This document shows, piece by piece, positions 33,666 to 46,722 of a stretch of 64,000 nt of DNA. The stretch is taken from positions 2,418,001 through 2,482,000 of the forward strand of contig BROI01000002.1 of NCBI GenBank assembly GCA_027923505.1. The letters are read 5' to 3'. The translations under genes were made by a program, and so were the position numbers. This DNA comes from Mayamaea pseudoterrestris. Lineage: Eukaryota. The notes under the pieces were generated by a model. It was not told the origin of the DNA and ran no database searches. It was given only the letters and a program-made list of their open reading frames with translations. Positions within the stretch are counted from its first letter, which is position 1; every line of letters starts with the position of its first letter.

Positions 33666-35618
33666 CTAACTCTTATAGACCTCCATCTTTTGAGTTTTTG
33701 GATTAAGAAAAATCTTGCGATTCTTTTTGGCTTCCTTAATTTGCTCCTTCATCTTTACTGTGTATTCCTCGCGTTGCTGTTGCTGCTGTGCAATAGCTTG
33801 TCGATAGTCATTCAGCTCCGATTTAGCCATTTGAGGAAATGATTTTCTTATATCCAATATTTCTCTCATTTCATCTGCACTCATTGCTGACAGCCAAAGC
33901 GCAAACTCCTCCCTAGTAGCCACGCCGGGAGTCAAAATTTCGGCGGCCAGCAGCTCCGTGCCCAAAAGCTGAATATCCGACTCGGACAAATCATGACACT
34001 TTGACCGAACGACAGCGTAGGTTGGCTTTAGAGCAGTTACAAAAGCTTTTAGTGCATCCTCTTGCTCCTGTCTTCCAGTCCCAAATCGTGGTACAATGTA
34101 TGCCAGCAGATTGACTTTAGCTTCAAGGTCCAAAGCATTGGTATATTCGCCTACTGGTGCCCAAAACTCGGGCGACGGCTTCAGTAAGCCCAAACCTTGA
34201 CGCAGCGCTGTCATTTGTTCGTCGTTGCCGTCAAAACCTGGATCACTGATCAAATCTGCCGCCAATTGCGCTTGCATGCTAAAAGTAAAGGCAAATTGAT
34301 CCATTTTGACAAGTGGTTCATAAACAATAGGCAAGAGGGCTACGTTTTGCTCAATCGCCTTTTTGATTTCGTCATTTACTGATAGCTCGTAGTTGCGAGC
34401 TAACCGAGGTACCACTAGCTTCTTGTCGCGAGCCTCAAGTGTTGGCAACATCCACGTAAGACTGTTTATGGAATCTTCCAAACTGGATGGATCAATTGAG
34501 TCGCTTTGGTATGCCTTGTAGGCTTGGACGACGAATATGTTGTTGTCCTTGCCTTGCTTCACGATATTCGCCAGAGGATTCGCGCCACCGCGATCAATTT
34601 TCTTGGCCGACTCTGGGCTAATGTCAAAGCCGATTAAATCGGTCCAGCCATCGCCAGCGCTGAACTGGAAGAAGCTTCCGGTAATCCACATGTGTTGATC
34701 ATCATTGTATGCCCTCCACGCTTCGGTCTGTGCGTCCGTGTAGAAACTTTTGGTCGCTTCCTTCGCAGAGAATGCCACCATCATGATTCCTCCCGGCTTC
34801 AGCAAGTGCCAAGCACTGCGGAAAACTTCCCTCGGCGACACCAAGTACTCCACAGTGTTTGTCATAATGACAGCATCAAACGGTTCGGTACCCAATTTTC
34901 GGAGCTCTTCGGAATCAACGTCGCCATCATCTTCAACCTTGTTTAAATCCACTACCAGCTTTTCAGTCAGAGAAGGATTTTGATCCATTGCCTTCGGCTC
35001 CAAACTGACCCCAACGTGTCGGATAGGCTTGATTGAGTTTGGGAGATACGAATCTTTGCCGGCGCCAAGCTCTAAGATAGATAATTCATCTTTCAAATAA
35101 AATTGAAAATGACTCTTCAGATTTTCAATAGCTTCTTGATCCAGTTCGAAGGTTTGCGTCGTTTCCTGCCAAAACGTGACGGGGTCAAACTTGTCTTCAT
35201 CGCTTACTGCTTTTTCGTCCGCTCCAGGCGCTTGTGCAACTCCACTGAGCATACTCGCCATGCCTTCCAGCTGCGACTTTCTCTTCTGAGCTTCGGCCTC
35301 CTTGTTAGGAAGGAAGAACTGCTTCGCGTACGGCCAGGCTTGAGGCCACCGCCATGCTCCCTTGCCCACCCGCAGACCAGGTGCTTCATTTGCAGCTTCG
35401 GTCGGAGATGCCATTGGTTCATTCTTCTTATCATTCTCCTCGCGCATCTTTTTGATCATTGGTCCGATAATGAACGGCGGTAGAAGAGCACAGAGTTGTG
35501 ATGGATTCCTTGTCGTCGTCCGTGAATTAATGGCACGAGTTTCGGACGGTCCGACAAAACCGTGGACTTGACAAACGCCGCACACAAATGCAGCAATTGG
35601 GATACTCGAGTACCTCAT
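33666..35618 (-). CDS. Plastid-targeted class I SAM-dependent methyltransferase-like protein with a long C-terminal helical extension
   Basis: Signal peptide ending VHG-FVG followed by a transit-like Arg/Thr/Ser segment. Contains ILELGAG, FDAVIMTNTVEYL and LLKPGG motifs. Confidence 0.75.
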   Translation of the reverse strand: MRYSSIPIAAFVCGVCQVHGFVGPSETRAINSRTTTRNPSQLCALLPPFIIGPMIKKMREENDKKNEPMASPTEAANEAPGLRVGKGAWRWPQAWPYAKQFFLPNKEAEAQKRKSQLEGMASMLSGVAQAPGADEKAVSDEDKFDPVTFWQETTQTFELDQEAIENLKSHFQFYLKDELSILELGAGKDSYLPNSIKPIRHVGVSLEPKAMDQNPSLTEKLVVDLNKVEDDGDVDSEELRKLGTEPFDAVIMTNTVEYLVSPREVFRSAWHLLKPGGIMMVAFSAKEATKSFYTDAQTEAWRAYNDDQHMWITGSFFQFSAGDGWTDLIGFDISPESAKKIDRGGANPLANIVKQGKDNNIFVVQAYKAYQSDSIDPSSLEDSINSLTWMLPTLEARDKKLVVPRLARNYELSVNDEIKKAIEQNVALLPIVYEPLVKMDQFAFTFSMQAQLAADLISDPGFDGNDEQMTALRQGLGLLKPSPEFWAPVGEYTNALDLEAKVNLLAYIVPRFGTGRQEQEDALKAFVTALKPTYAVVRSKCHDLSESDIQLLGTELLAAEILTPGVATREEFALWLSAMSADEMREILDIRKSFPQMAKSELNDYRQAIAQQQQQREEYTVKMKEQIKEAKKNRKIFLNPKTQKMEVYKS

Positions 35619-36022
35619 GATGGTTTGCAAAAAATTGGATCGCTTATTACAAAGATGTGGATCCGTTTTGTTGTTAACCGACACCCGAGTGGATCCGTCT
35701 CCTTGTTGTCATCGAACTTCAACCTCGCGGTGTGTGACGTCGAAAGCGGCAGTGAATTGACACGTTGCGACGCTACGCGTACCGTATGAGAAGAATCCCG
35801 CAGGCACGCATATATGATACATCATACAGTACCGGTACAAACAAACTACTTACCGGTAGTGCTCGTAGCAGCGAGTATGGACATCGGTATTACGTACTAG
35901 AGTATGATAATGATAGCAGTTTTACCGTTGACTGCTCGTGAATGCAACATCTACCGTCTTCCAATCATGCGGAGTCCAGACACGAATAGTATTTTGGTGT
36001 GTGAATCCACCGACGATCAATT

Positions 36023-39000
36023 TCAGAAATATGGGGACTTGCCGATGGATTTGCCCGAACTGCTCGCTGATGCCTTGGCCTTGCCGTCGGGCACTGTAGA
36101 TAAATCGATGTCATTACCGAACTCGTCATCATCATCGTCGTCTAACTGTAAGATGTCTTTCTCGGCTGAGTCTGTCTTCGGACGCTTCGATGGTCGTCGG
36201 TCTTTGACATAAGCCTGGAGCGAATTGCTTTCGATAAAGTTGCCGACAATTCTGACAATCTTCTCGCCATACTCCTTGATGATGTTCTCGCCGAGTATAC
36301 CAAGTTCCTTCAGCTCATCTATTGTCATGGGCACTCCAGCAGCCAAAGCCTTCATGGCATCGTTGCTCATGATATTCCAATGAAAGACGTTGTTCCCAAG
36401 GAGCTGTTCCTCAGCACTCCAGTTCCGTACCAAAGTTTTAAACGTATTCACAAGCTTTTGTGTCATGTCAGCAGGGAGGACCGACAATTTTGCATTCGAT
36501 TGTCCAGTAGATCCAGTGAACATGACTTCATCGTCGCTGCTATCCGTGTCGCCGTCAATGACAACTTCTTTGCGTATTCCGTTCGCCGAGACCTCCGTAG
36601 CTGCTTCCGTCGCAGGCTTTTTTCGGCTGCCAGACTTTGGACTCTTTTTGGGCTTCGTCTTGGTTTTCTTCTCGTCGGCTTTTTTAGTCTTTTGAGTTTT
36701 AGAACCTTCTTTAGCCACTTCAACAAAAAACGGTCTTGATCCATTCTGCACAGCCGATGCGTTTTCAGCAAGGTGAATGTAGTCAGTCGTAAAGCCGCCT
36801 GTATTCTCTTGTGATATCTCCTGAAACACACGATCGAATACAAGAGCGTGCATGATTTGATCAATTTCAAATTTCTTAAATTTGGCACCCTTGCCATAGC
36901 CGCGCAATCGTCCGACGTCAAGGAATTTGGTGGCACTCTGGGCTTTGGAACCGCTGAAGAGTTGGACAAGCTGTGCCATGGTCACCCCTTGGCCGCGTTT
37001 CTGCTGGGAAACATCAGCAAATAAGTCCAGCAAGACCTTTGCGTCATTTGTAAAGTCTTTCCGTTCAGGCTGCCGGCCGGCTTTGCAGTTGTCGCAAGTT
37101 TCGCCGCACTTTGAGCTGTCAAACGTCTCCCCAAAGAATTCAAGCTGCATGGTACGCCGACAACGAAACTGGTCCTCACAGTAACGAACGCACGTATACA
37201 ACTGGTCAATTTTTCTTCGGGTTGCTTGATTGTTTGGGCTTTGCGATGATTTGGTAATCATGTGCTCCAAAATTTTCTTATCCTTGTAGGTGTAGTACAG
37301 TATGCAGTTTGCTTCGTCGCCATCACGACCTGCTCGTCCACTTTCCTGATAGTAATGAGTGATTGACTTTGGCATTGAGTAGTGGATTACGTAGCGGACA
37401 TCAGGCTTGTCGATGCCTGTAAATGAAATGCAAGGAAGAGTAGAAGCGTGAGTGTCTGATAAGTTGGGGTTTTCAAGTCTTCTGATGCTTACCCATGCCA
37501 AATGCAATCGTTGCACAGAGCACACTGCATTGTCCGTTGCTCCAATCCCGATGCCGACGTTCGCGTTCGTACGCATCCAATTCAGCATGATAGTACGACA
37601 CCCGCACACCACTACAGCCAGGTCTTAAGCGCACATTTTCTTGAAGCTTTGTCGACAAATTTTCGCAATCCTTGCGACTCAAACAGTAAATGACACCGGA
37701 ATCTCGTGGACGAGACGCAATGTACGACGCTATTGACTCCAAAGTTTTCCCATCCTTTGAGCGAACTTCGTAATGGAGGTTTGGTCGATTGAAGGACGAG
37801 ACATATCGGTAAGGATCGCGCATACCAAGCAATCGAATGGCATCGTTGACCACCTTTTCGTTGGCGGTTGCTGTGAGCGCCATGAGTGGTACGTTCGGAA
37901 ATTCCCGGCGAAATATACCTAACTCGTTATAGTCTGGTCGGAAATCGTGGCCCCAATCACTCAGACCTGTAACGAATGCGGCAGTAAGTCAACATACACA
38001 GCTCTCCGAGTAAAAGCCTACTGACGCTGAAACTTACAATGTGCTTCGTCAATTACGAAGCGGCTGATTAAACTCTTGTTGCATAGGTTTCGAAGGATCG
38101 ACTGCGCCTGTCCCGAGTTCTTTATTTTTTCCGGTGTAAGATAAAGTAGCTTGATTCCATCGTGCGCACCTGTTTGATATAATTCATGGACGATTGACTG
38201 CACCTCCGTTTGATTGTTAGATGACATGAAGACTGCTCGTACACCAAGCTTGGTCAGCGAAGATACTTGATCTTGAATTAGAGATAGTAGAGGCGAGACA
38301 ACGACGCTCAATCCTGGTGCACACCATGCCGGTAACTGGTAGCAAAGACTCTTGCCTCCGCCAGTCGGCATGAGCACAAAGACGTCGCGACCTTGCATAG
38401 CATTATGAATGACTTGCTCTTGTCCTTGACGAAAAGTTTGATGTCCAAATTTGATTCTATTCTCCCGCACTATATCCTTGACGGGTCCGGAACTTCCATA
38501 TGAGGGTTGAGGAATACTAATGGAACTTGTATAATTAGCATTCGACTCTGTATTGCCATCGGCCCATTGGAAAAATTCGCACTTTTGGTCAACGGGCAAG
38601 GAGCACTTGTAAAATTGTCGACCAGCATTCGCTCCTTGGCGGGCCGTAAGAAGTACGCACGGAAGGCTATGACCTGGACACGGTGGATTGTTGTCGTAAG
38701 CATTGCCGCTGTCTCCGCTTAGCAATTCCGACGGTTGGATGAACGATCCAAATGATTGGTTCTGGTTCGCATAGCTCGCAGTCGAATATGCAAAGTTATT
38801 GCTCGTACTCGATTGCCCGAAACTTGAGATATTAGGATCATGGTGCAATGATAAATAAGGCTCTTTACCAGGCGTTTTGTTGCTTCCAATGTTGCTGCTG
38901 ATTTGCGAGCCATATTCGAAGCGGTTATGATTATCCCGGCTTGCGCCAAACGGTTTATTGTTTAAGTTGTTTCCGTACTTTGTGTAGTTGCTGTCAGTTT

Positions 39001-39541
39001 GATTGCTACTTTTACTTTGCGGTTGACTGTGCTGCTTCGCGACTAACGTATCCACGTCAAGTCCAGCGAGAAGAGCATCATAGTCTTCATCATCGTCGTC
39101 AATATCCATAGATTGGCGATTCGACACGGCATCTCCCGAGCGTGAAGAACGATTAACGGTTTCGCGAGACGAAATTTTCGTATTGTTATGGTTATTATCA
39201 GATTGTATTGGGACGAACGTTCTGCTTGAAGGAGGAGGTGCTTGCGAAATTGGTGGCGATGCGTTCGCTGCCACCCGAGGCTGTCGGCGTCGTTGCTGCG
39301 TAACTTCATACTCGCGAGTAGCGAAATCGACACGGTTCTGAATTTCGTTTAGCGTAATGGGTTGAGACTGAAATTTATGTAGCGTAAAGCAAGAATAGCG
39401 ATCTCGCTTCTGTTGCTGCCAAAGCTTCTCCGCAACGGAGCAGCCATCCTGCACTCCATATTCGAACCCTCCACCGCGATTGCAATTATTGGTTCTCTCT
39501 CTGCACCATTGCAGATTATTTTGGTTTATATGTTGGCTCAT
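36023..39541 (-). CDS. RecQ family DNA helicase (GRF zinc finger, helicase, RQC, HRDC); introns 37967-38037 and 37417-37492
   Basis: [32 protein letters not shown] after splicing, [31 protein letters not shown]...CDNC and an HRDC-like C-terminus. Confidence 0.95.
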
Positions 39542-39665
39542 GTTCTGTTGATAGAGATACTACAGAGAGGCACTGGTGTACAGGTGGCTGGTGCGGCGGT
39601 GCGTCCATGGTGAAGCCAAACAATACAGTAGTACATCACGGTTTCGCCCATGTGACGTCAGTTTA

Positions 39666-39853
39666 TGACGTAATTGACATTGGCACTCGTTTCGTACTAT
39701 TGCCTTGTGGCGTTATTGACACTGGCACTTGTTTCATACTATTGCCTTGTGGCGTGATTGACACTGGCACTCGTTTCGTACTAGTGCCTTCTGACGTAAT
39801 TGACACTGGCACTCGTTTCGTACTATTGCCAAATGAGTTTCGTACTATTGCCT
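39666..39853. repeat. 42-bp minisatellite (~4.4 copies) between divergent RecQ and Brr2
   Basis: CGT(A/T/G)ATTGACA(C/T)TGGCACT(C/T)GTTTC(G/A)TACTA(T/G)TGCC units at 39669, 39711, 39753 and 39795. Confidence 0.92.
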
Positions 39854-40011
39854 TTAAAACGTCTGTCCGTCGTTCAAAATTCTTCCTCGCCACACCATGC
39901 GAGCCTTGCGAGACGTGCCAATCGATCGATAGGTGCACAAGATTGACAGCTGCATTGCCTTCTATTATACTTACCATATTGTCACAGAGAATTAAAGACC
40001 AAACTTGAATC

Positions 40012-43000
40012 ATGGCTGACCGGGAGGAGCTCCAGAAACAATATGCTTACTCTGAAATGTCGAGTAAGGTCCTCCAAGCCGATCGTCGAGGTCGGCCGCG
40101 CGGAGAACCAACAGGAGAAGTTGAATCTTTGCGCAGCAAGCGAAATATTGGTCGCATGGGTGATCGGGTTGTAGCAGACAAGCCAGTTCCAAAGAAGAAG
40201 CAAAAACCTGCTCAGAACGATCAACTGCAGCAACAGCAAACAAAGAAAAGTTCAGCTTCGCTAGCAGTGTCTGGTGAATCAATCCTTGAACTCGGAAATT
40301 TGACTGGATATCAGCCATCGACGGACCAAGCGCGAGCTGCCTATGAAAGCATTTTGACATTACTTGCCAAGCTTTTGGGAAATCAAGGGCCACAGTTTCT
40401 TCGCGATGCGGCCGAGGAAGTGATTCTCACGCTCAAGGATGAAACGTTGCGCGATCCGGACCGACTCGAGTCACTTTCAAAGCTCTTGACTGGGAAGTCT
40501 GCCAAGACTCAAGGAGCTTTGGCGTCAGAGATATTTACGACAATGGTGCAACTTGGAAAGCAGCTAGACGACTATCACGTAAGGGCACGACATGCCGATC
40601 AAAACGACGACAATGATCAAATGGAGGGTGACATGGGTGTCGCAGTAGTATTTGACGAAGAATCGGCTACTGGATCGGACAATGATAATGATGGTGCAGA
40701 AATCATTGGTGAAAATGTTGTTCTTGATGCAGCTTCTTCTGATTCCGAGGAGGAGCACGACGATGGGCCGCAACCTGCTGGCCTTGACGAAAGTGATGAA
40801 GAAAAGTTAGTACAAGGAGCAGCGGCCGATGAAAAGAAGAGGAGCAAACACGGTCATGACCGCACTTTATCAATTCATGAAGTTGATGCTCATTTTCTAC
40901 AGCGTCAATTGTCTAAACACTTTGACGATGCGGAAGTCTCGGCGAAAGTGGCAACAGAAGTTTTGGAAATTCTGGACATCCGCAACAGTGCTGATGTACG
41001 CGAATGCGAAAACAGACTGCTGGTTTTGCTCGGATTTGATTTGTTTAACACCATAAAGCTCGTTCTTCACAACAGAACTCGCGTCTGGGCATGCGTATCG
41101 ATGAAGCGCGCAAGCACCGATCAGGAGCGAAAAGCCATTGAAGCAGCCCTCTTAGACGAAGCGACCGGAGAGGGCAAGCGAGTTTGGGACGAATTGCACT
41201 TAAAAGGCAAAACTGATGATTGGACAAGAGACCGTTTAAAGCCTCAAGATGCTAACAAGGGTGATATTTATAGTGGTGATGACGCAGCCCCAATGGAGAT
41301 TGATAGTGAGCCCGTCGATGAGCTCGATTTAGATGCGCTCGCTTTTAAGGATGGCGCTCATATCATGAGTAACAAATCCTGCAAGTTGCCAGACGCATCC
41401 TGGCGGGTCATGAAGAAAGGCTACGAAGAAGTGCATGTTCCTGCAACTCGCAGTGTCATCTCCAAGGATGAAGTGCTAATCGCGATAAATGATTTGCCCA
41501 AATGGACTCACGCAGCTTTTAAGGGGATGGACAAGCTTAATCGAATCCAGTCCAAAATGTGCGACGTCGCTTTACATACGTCCGAAAACCTATTGCTCTG
41601 TGCGCCCACTGGCGCCGGCAAAACCAACGTCGGCGTGCTGACGATTATGAATATCCTTGGCCAGTATCGACGCAGGGAACTAAATGACAATTTACAAAGT
41701 ATTGGAAATTGTTTTGACCTTTCCGCTTTTAAGATTGTGTATGTGGCTCCGATGAAGGCTCTTGTTCAGGAAGTCGTCAAGAATTTCTCGAGCCGGCTGC
41801 AAGATTACGGCATCACAGTTCGTGAGCTCTCTGGTGACGCGAGTCTCACGCGTCAACAGATCGCCGAGACACAGATGATTGTCACTACCCCAGAAAAATG
41901 GGACATTGTAACTCGACAAGGGGAGGGCAGGGCTTTTACTCAATTGGTGAAATTGGTTATTATCGATGAGATTCACTTGCTGGCTGATGAGCGGGGTCCG
42001 GTTTTGGAAAGTATTGTCTCGCGCATGATCAGACAAGTGGAGTTGTCTGCGGAGCCTATTCGTCTCGTCGGACTTTCGGCGACCTTGCCAAACTTTGCGG
42101 ATGTTGCAGCGTTCTTGCGCGTCAAGCCCGAGCGAGGGTTGTTCTTTTTCGACTCTTCCTACCGACCCGTCCCTTTACAAATGCAGTACATCGGCGTCAC
42201 GGAACGAAATGCTTTTAAACGATTTCAACTTCAAAATGAAATCTGTTACGAAAAAGCTATGGATCAGCGTCGCAATAATAACCAAATACTCATCTTTGTT
42301 CATAGTCGCGCCGAAACGGCCAAGACTGCGAAGGCATTACGTGACATGGCAGTTGCTCGGGACGAGCTCAATTACTTTGTGCGTGATGGTGGCGCCACCT
42401 CCGAAATTCTGCGAGAGGAGGCTTCGTCGGCGAAGAATTCTGATTTAAAGGATGTATTGTCGTACGGCTTTGCCATTCACCATGCCGGCATGCAGCGCGA
42501 GGACAGAGAGCTTGTAGAAGACCTTTTTGCTGATCGACACATTGCAGTGCTTTGCTGCACGGCGTAAGTACATGGTCATGCGTGCGGCATCTAGTTCTGC
42601 CTTAGCCCATCATCTGCTGACATCAATGACTCTCTCTCTCGCAGCACTCTGGCGTGGGGTGTGAACGTGCCCGCTTTTAGCGTCATTATTCGCGGAACCC
42701 AGATATATGATCCATCGAAAGGGCGATGGGCGGAGTTGAGCCCTCTCGACGTCCTCCAGATGCTGGGTCGGGCAGGTCGTCCACAATATGACAGCGAAGG
42801 AGAAGGAATTATTATAACTCAGCATTCGCAACTGCAATTTTACCTGTCGCTTACCAATTTACAACTACCGATTGAGAGTCAGATGATCAAGAGCCTGGCC
42901 AATCATCTTAACGCCGAAGTGGTTCTTGGCACTATTCAATCAATAGAAGACGGCGTGGACTGGCTGAGTTATACTTTTTTATATGTCCGGATGCTGCAAA

Positions 43001-46000
43001 ATCCTGAGCTTTATGGCATTTCAGGCGATGATCTGTTTAGAGACCCCACTTTGAAGCGGCGACGGTTTGCTCTCGTGCACAGCGCGGCAAAATTACTGGA
43101 GAAGAGCCACTTAATTCACTACGACCCAAAAAGCGGCACAATACACCCGACACCATTAGGAAGAGTCGCTAGTCAGTATTACATATCGCATCAGTCAATG
43201 GCAGTTTATGCTAGTCATATGCGACATAGTATGACAGACATTGACTTGCTACGATTGTTCAGTTTGAGCGGTGAGTTCTCGCAGATAACTGTTAGGGAAG
43301 AAGAGAAGCTAGAACTGAGCAAGCTCGCTGGCCGGGTTCCCATTCCTGTAAAGGAAAGCCCAAGCGAACCAATTGCGAAAGTTAACATTCTCTTGCAAGC
43401 TTATATCTCTCGCCTCAAGCTAGATGGGTTTGCTCTTCTCGCCGACATGGCCTTCATTAAGCAATCTTCTGCGCGGTTAATGCGGGCATTGTTTGAAATT
43501 GCTTTGAGGCGTAACTGGGCGTCGCTTGCGAAACTCTGCCTTGACTTTTCTAACATGGTGAGCTCTCGCATCTGGCGGAGCCAAACACCACTTCGACAAT
43601 TCCCGAATGTGCCGGAGGTTGTTGCTCGGAAGCTGGAGCGCAAGGGCGATATTGACTGGGAGCGCTACGCCGACCTTACGCCTTCAGATCTTGGTGAGCT
43701 TGTTGGAGTGCCCAAGATGGGCCGTGTTTTGCACAAGCTTGTAAGCGAATTTCCTCGACTTGAACTTAACGCGCAGGTCCAACCTATCACGCGATCCATG
43801 TTGCGTGTCGAACTCACAGTTAGCCCGGCATTCCAGTTTGATGTGAGCGTTCATGGCTATTCGTTGCTTTTTCACATTCTTGTCGAAGATGTCAACGGCG
43901 AATCGATTTTGCATTATGAAAGTTTTACATTAATAAACAGGAGCGCATCCGACGATCAACAAGCTGTCTTTAGCGTGCCAATCCTCGAGCCGTTGCCTCC
44001 GGCGTACTTTATCCGTGTCATTTCAGATAGGTGGCTCCACTCAACCGCCGTGTTACCAGTTTCATTTAATTCAATGATTCTTCCAGCAAAATTTCCTCCC
44101 ACAACGGAACTGCTTGATCTTCAACCGCTTCAGCCGAGCGCAGTTGGTCCAGCCAGCCTTGCTAGGTTATTTACTGTCCAGAAATTCAACCCTATTCAGA
44201 CACAAACGTTTCATGAGTTGTATCGGACAGATCAAAACTGTCTCATCTGCGCAGCATCTGGTTCTGGCAAGTCAATATGTGCGGAACTCGCCATTATTCG
44301 AATGTTGACAGTGAACGCGGACGGTGTTTGCGTGTATGTTGCGCCAACGGACGAGATTGCAGACCCCGTGTACGACAAATGGAAAAAGATGTTCGGAAGC
44401 ATTTTACCGGAGTCACTAATCGTGCGACTGATCGGGGAAACCTTGTCTGACATGGAGCTTGTTACCGGTTCAAAAATTGTTGTTGCGTCCGCCGTCCAGT
44501 GGGATAAACTAAGTCGCCGGTGGCGACAGAGAAAAGCAATCCATTCAGTAACACTCATGATTTTCGACGAGCTACAATTTCTTGGGGGTGAACATGGACC
44601 GACATTGGAAATAGTCATTTCCCGAACTCGTTACATGAGCGCACAGTTGCAGCAAGGGGGTCATCATCCAGGAATCAGGTTTGTCGGCTTAAGTGCATCT
44701 CTTGCTAATGCGAGGGATGTGGGCGGCTGGATGGGCGTTGGTATCAAAAACGTCTTTAACTTTCCCCCCAAATCGCGGCCAGCGCCATTGGAGTTTAGGT
44801 TTCAGTCCTTTGAGCAGGGAAACTATTCTGCTCGCTTACTGGCCATGTCCAAGCCAGTTTACAACAATGTTGCGAAACATTTGGATGGAAAGTCGGCCAT
44901 GGTTTTTGTTCCCAGTCGGCGTCAAGCCCAGCTGACTGCTATAGACTTAATGTCATACCGAGAAAGTCAAGGGCTACCGCCGTTCCTGAGCGAAAGTTGT
45001 GACAGCAGTCGGCTGTCAGAGATCGCTCTTCTCATTAAGGAACCGGCGCTTCGACAAGTGCTACCCTTTGGCATAGGCTTTGTTTACGGCGGCATGATCG
45101 ATGACGACTGGAAGGTCGTGGTTGAGTTATACGAAGCAAATGTTTTGCAGATCTTGATCTGTCCTGTTGATACATGTTGGAAGCTTCACTGCCGAGCTCA
45201 TTTGGTGGTCATCATGGGGACGGAATATTTCGACGGACGAGTCGGTAGGCATGTCGACTATGCCGCCACTGACCTGCTTCATATGGTGGGGCGTCACAAT
45301 CCGGAAGATAGCAGCAAATGCGTCCTGCTCTACCATGCTCCGAAAAAGGCATTTTTGAAAAAGCTGATTGACGATCCGCTTCCTGTTGAGAGTCACATCG
45401 ATTCGTTCCTTCATGACCCACTGAATGCTGAAGTCGTCAGCAAAACGATAACAAGCATGCAGGACGCCATTGACTACATGACTTGGACCTTTTTATATCG
45501 CCGACTTGTGAAGAATCCAACGTATTACGGCTTACGCGGGACGACGAATGTTATATTGAGCGAACATTTGAGTGACATGATTGAAACGGTGGTTGGCGAT
45601 CTGGAAGAAAGCAAGTGTATTCGCGTTGGTGAGGAAGGTGACATAACGCCGTTGAATTTCGGAATGATTGCAGCGTACTACTCCATTCAATACCGAACAA
45701 TTGAATTGTTTGCATCGTCGGTGACGGCTCGAACGAAAACCAAAGGCATTCTTGAGATTTTATCAGCTGCATGGGAGTACAGCTCCTTACCAATGCGGTA
45801 CGGCGAAGAAAAGAGTATGGCGACGCTTTCACGGCATCTCGTCCACTCTCTACCGAAGGAAGCTGTTTTCGATAGCAATACCAAAGCTCTTGTTTTATTG
45901 CAAAGCCACTTTAGTCGATTGACGCTTCCAGCAGAGATGCGGACAGACTTGGAATGGGTTTTGCGGGAAGCTGTTGATCTCATTCAAGCGCTAGTTGATG

Positions 46001-46680
46001 TCATAAGCAGCAACGGTTGGCTCAAGCCGGCTCTCGCTTCTATGGAAGTGAGCCAGATGATCGTACAAGGACTTTGGAACAAAGAAAATGTTTTAAAGCA
46101 GATCCCGCATTTCACTGACGAGATCATTCGTCGATGCGCTGCGTACAAGGGCGACGAACCTATCGAATCAGTGTTTGATATTCTCACGCTCGATGACGAT
46201 GTGCGCAACGAACTGCTGCAACTTCCGGAGGACAAAATGGCTGATGTTGCAGTGTTTTGCAACAATTATCCGAATCTTGACATCTCATATCAAGTCGAAG
46301 ATTCCGATGATGTTACGGCCGGGGAGTCTGTTCGAATTGTTGTCGAATTGGAGCGAGAAGTTGACGTAGAGGCTAGCGATGACGAATTAAAAGAAGCTGG
46401 TACGGTTTCATGCCCCTTCTTTCCGGCCGACAAGAAGGAGGGCTGGTGGGTCGTTGTTGGTGATGCATCGAAAAATAATCTAATGTCATTGAAGCGTGTC
46501 CACTTGCACCTTAAGCAGAAGGTGGTCCTCGAGTTTATGGCGCCTGAGAATGCTGGAGAATATGAACTAAGTCTTTTTTGCATGAGCGACAGCTATCTGG
46601 GGTGTGACCAAGAATTTATTATAGCTTTCAACGTTGGCGCTGCGCTTGGTTCAGACGAAGATGACGAAATTAATCAATAA
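40012..46680 (+). CDS. BRR2: U5 snRNP 200-kDa helicase Brr2; intron 42564-42644
   Basis: EPTGEVESL N-terminus, APTGAGKT, IIDEIHLL, TLAWGVN after splicing, QMLGRAGRPQYD, a second helicase cassette and Sec63 units ending MSDSYLGCDQE. Confidence 0.97.
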
Positions 46681-46722
46681 ATAAATTCACTCTATATGAT
46701 CATGTGAATATCATAGCTCGAT

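Noticed and set aside
39607..40013. 133-aa and 116-aa repetitive ORFs
   Set aside because: They are open only because the 42-bp repeat length is a multiple of three; they lie in a promoter region.
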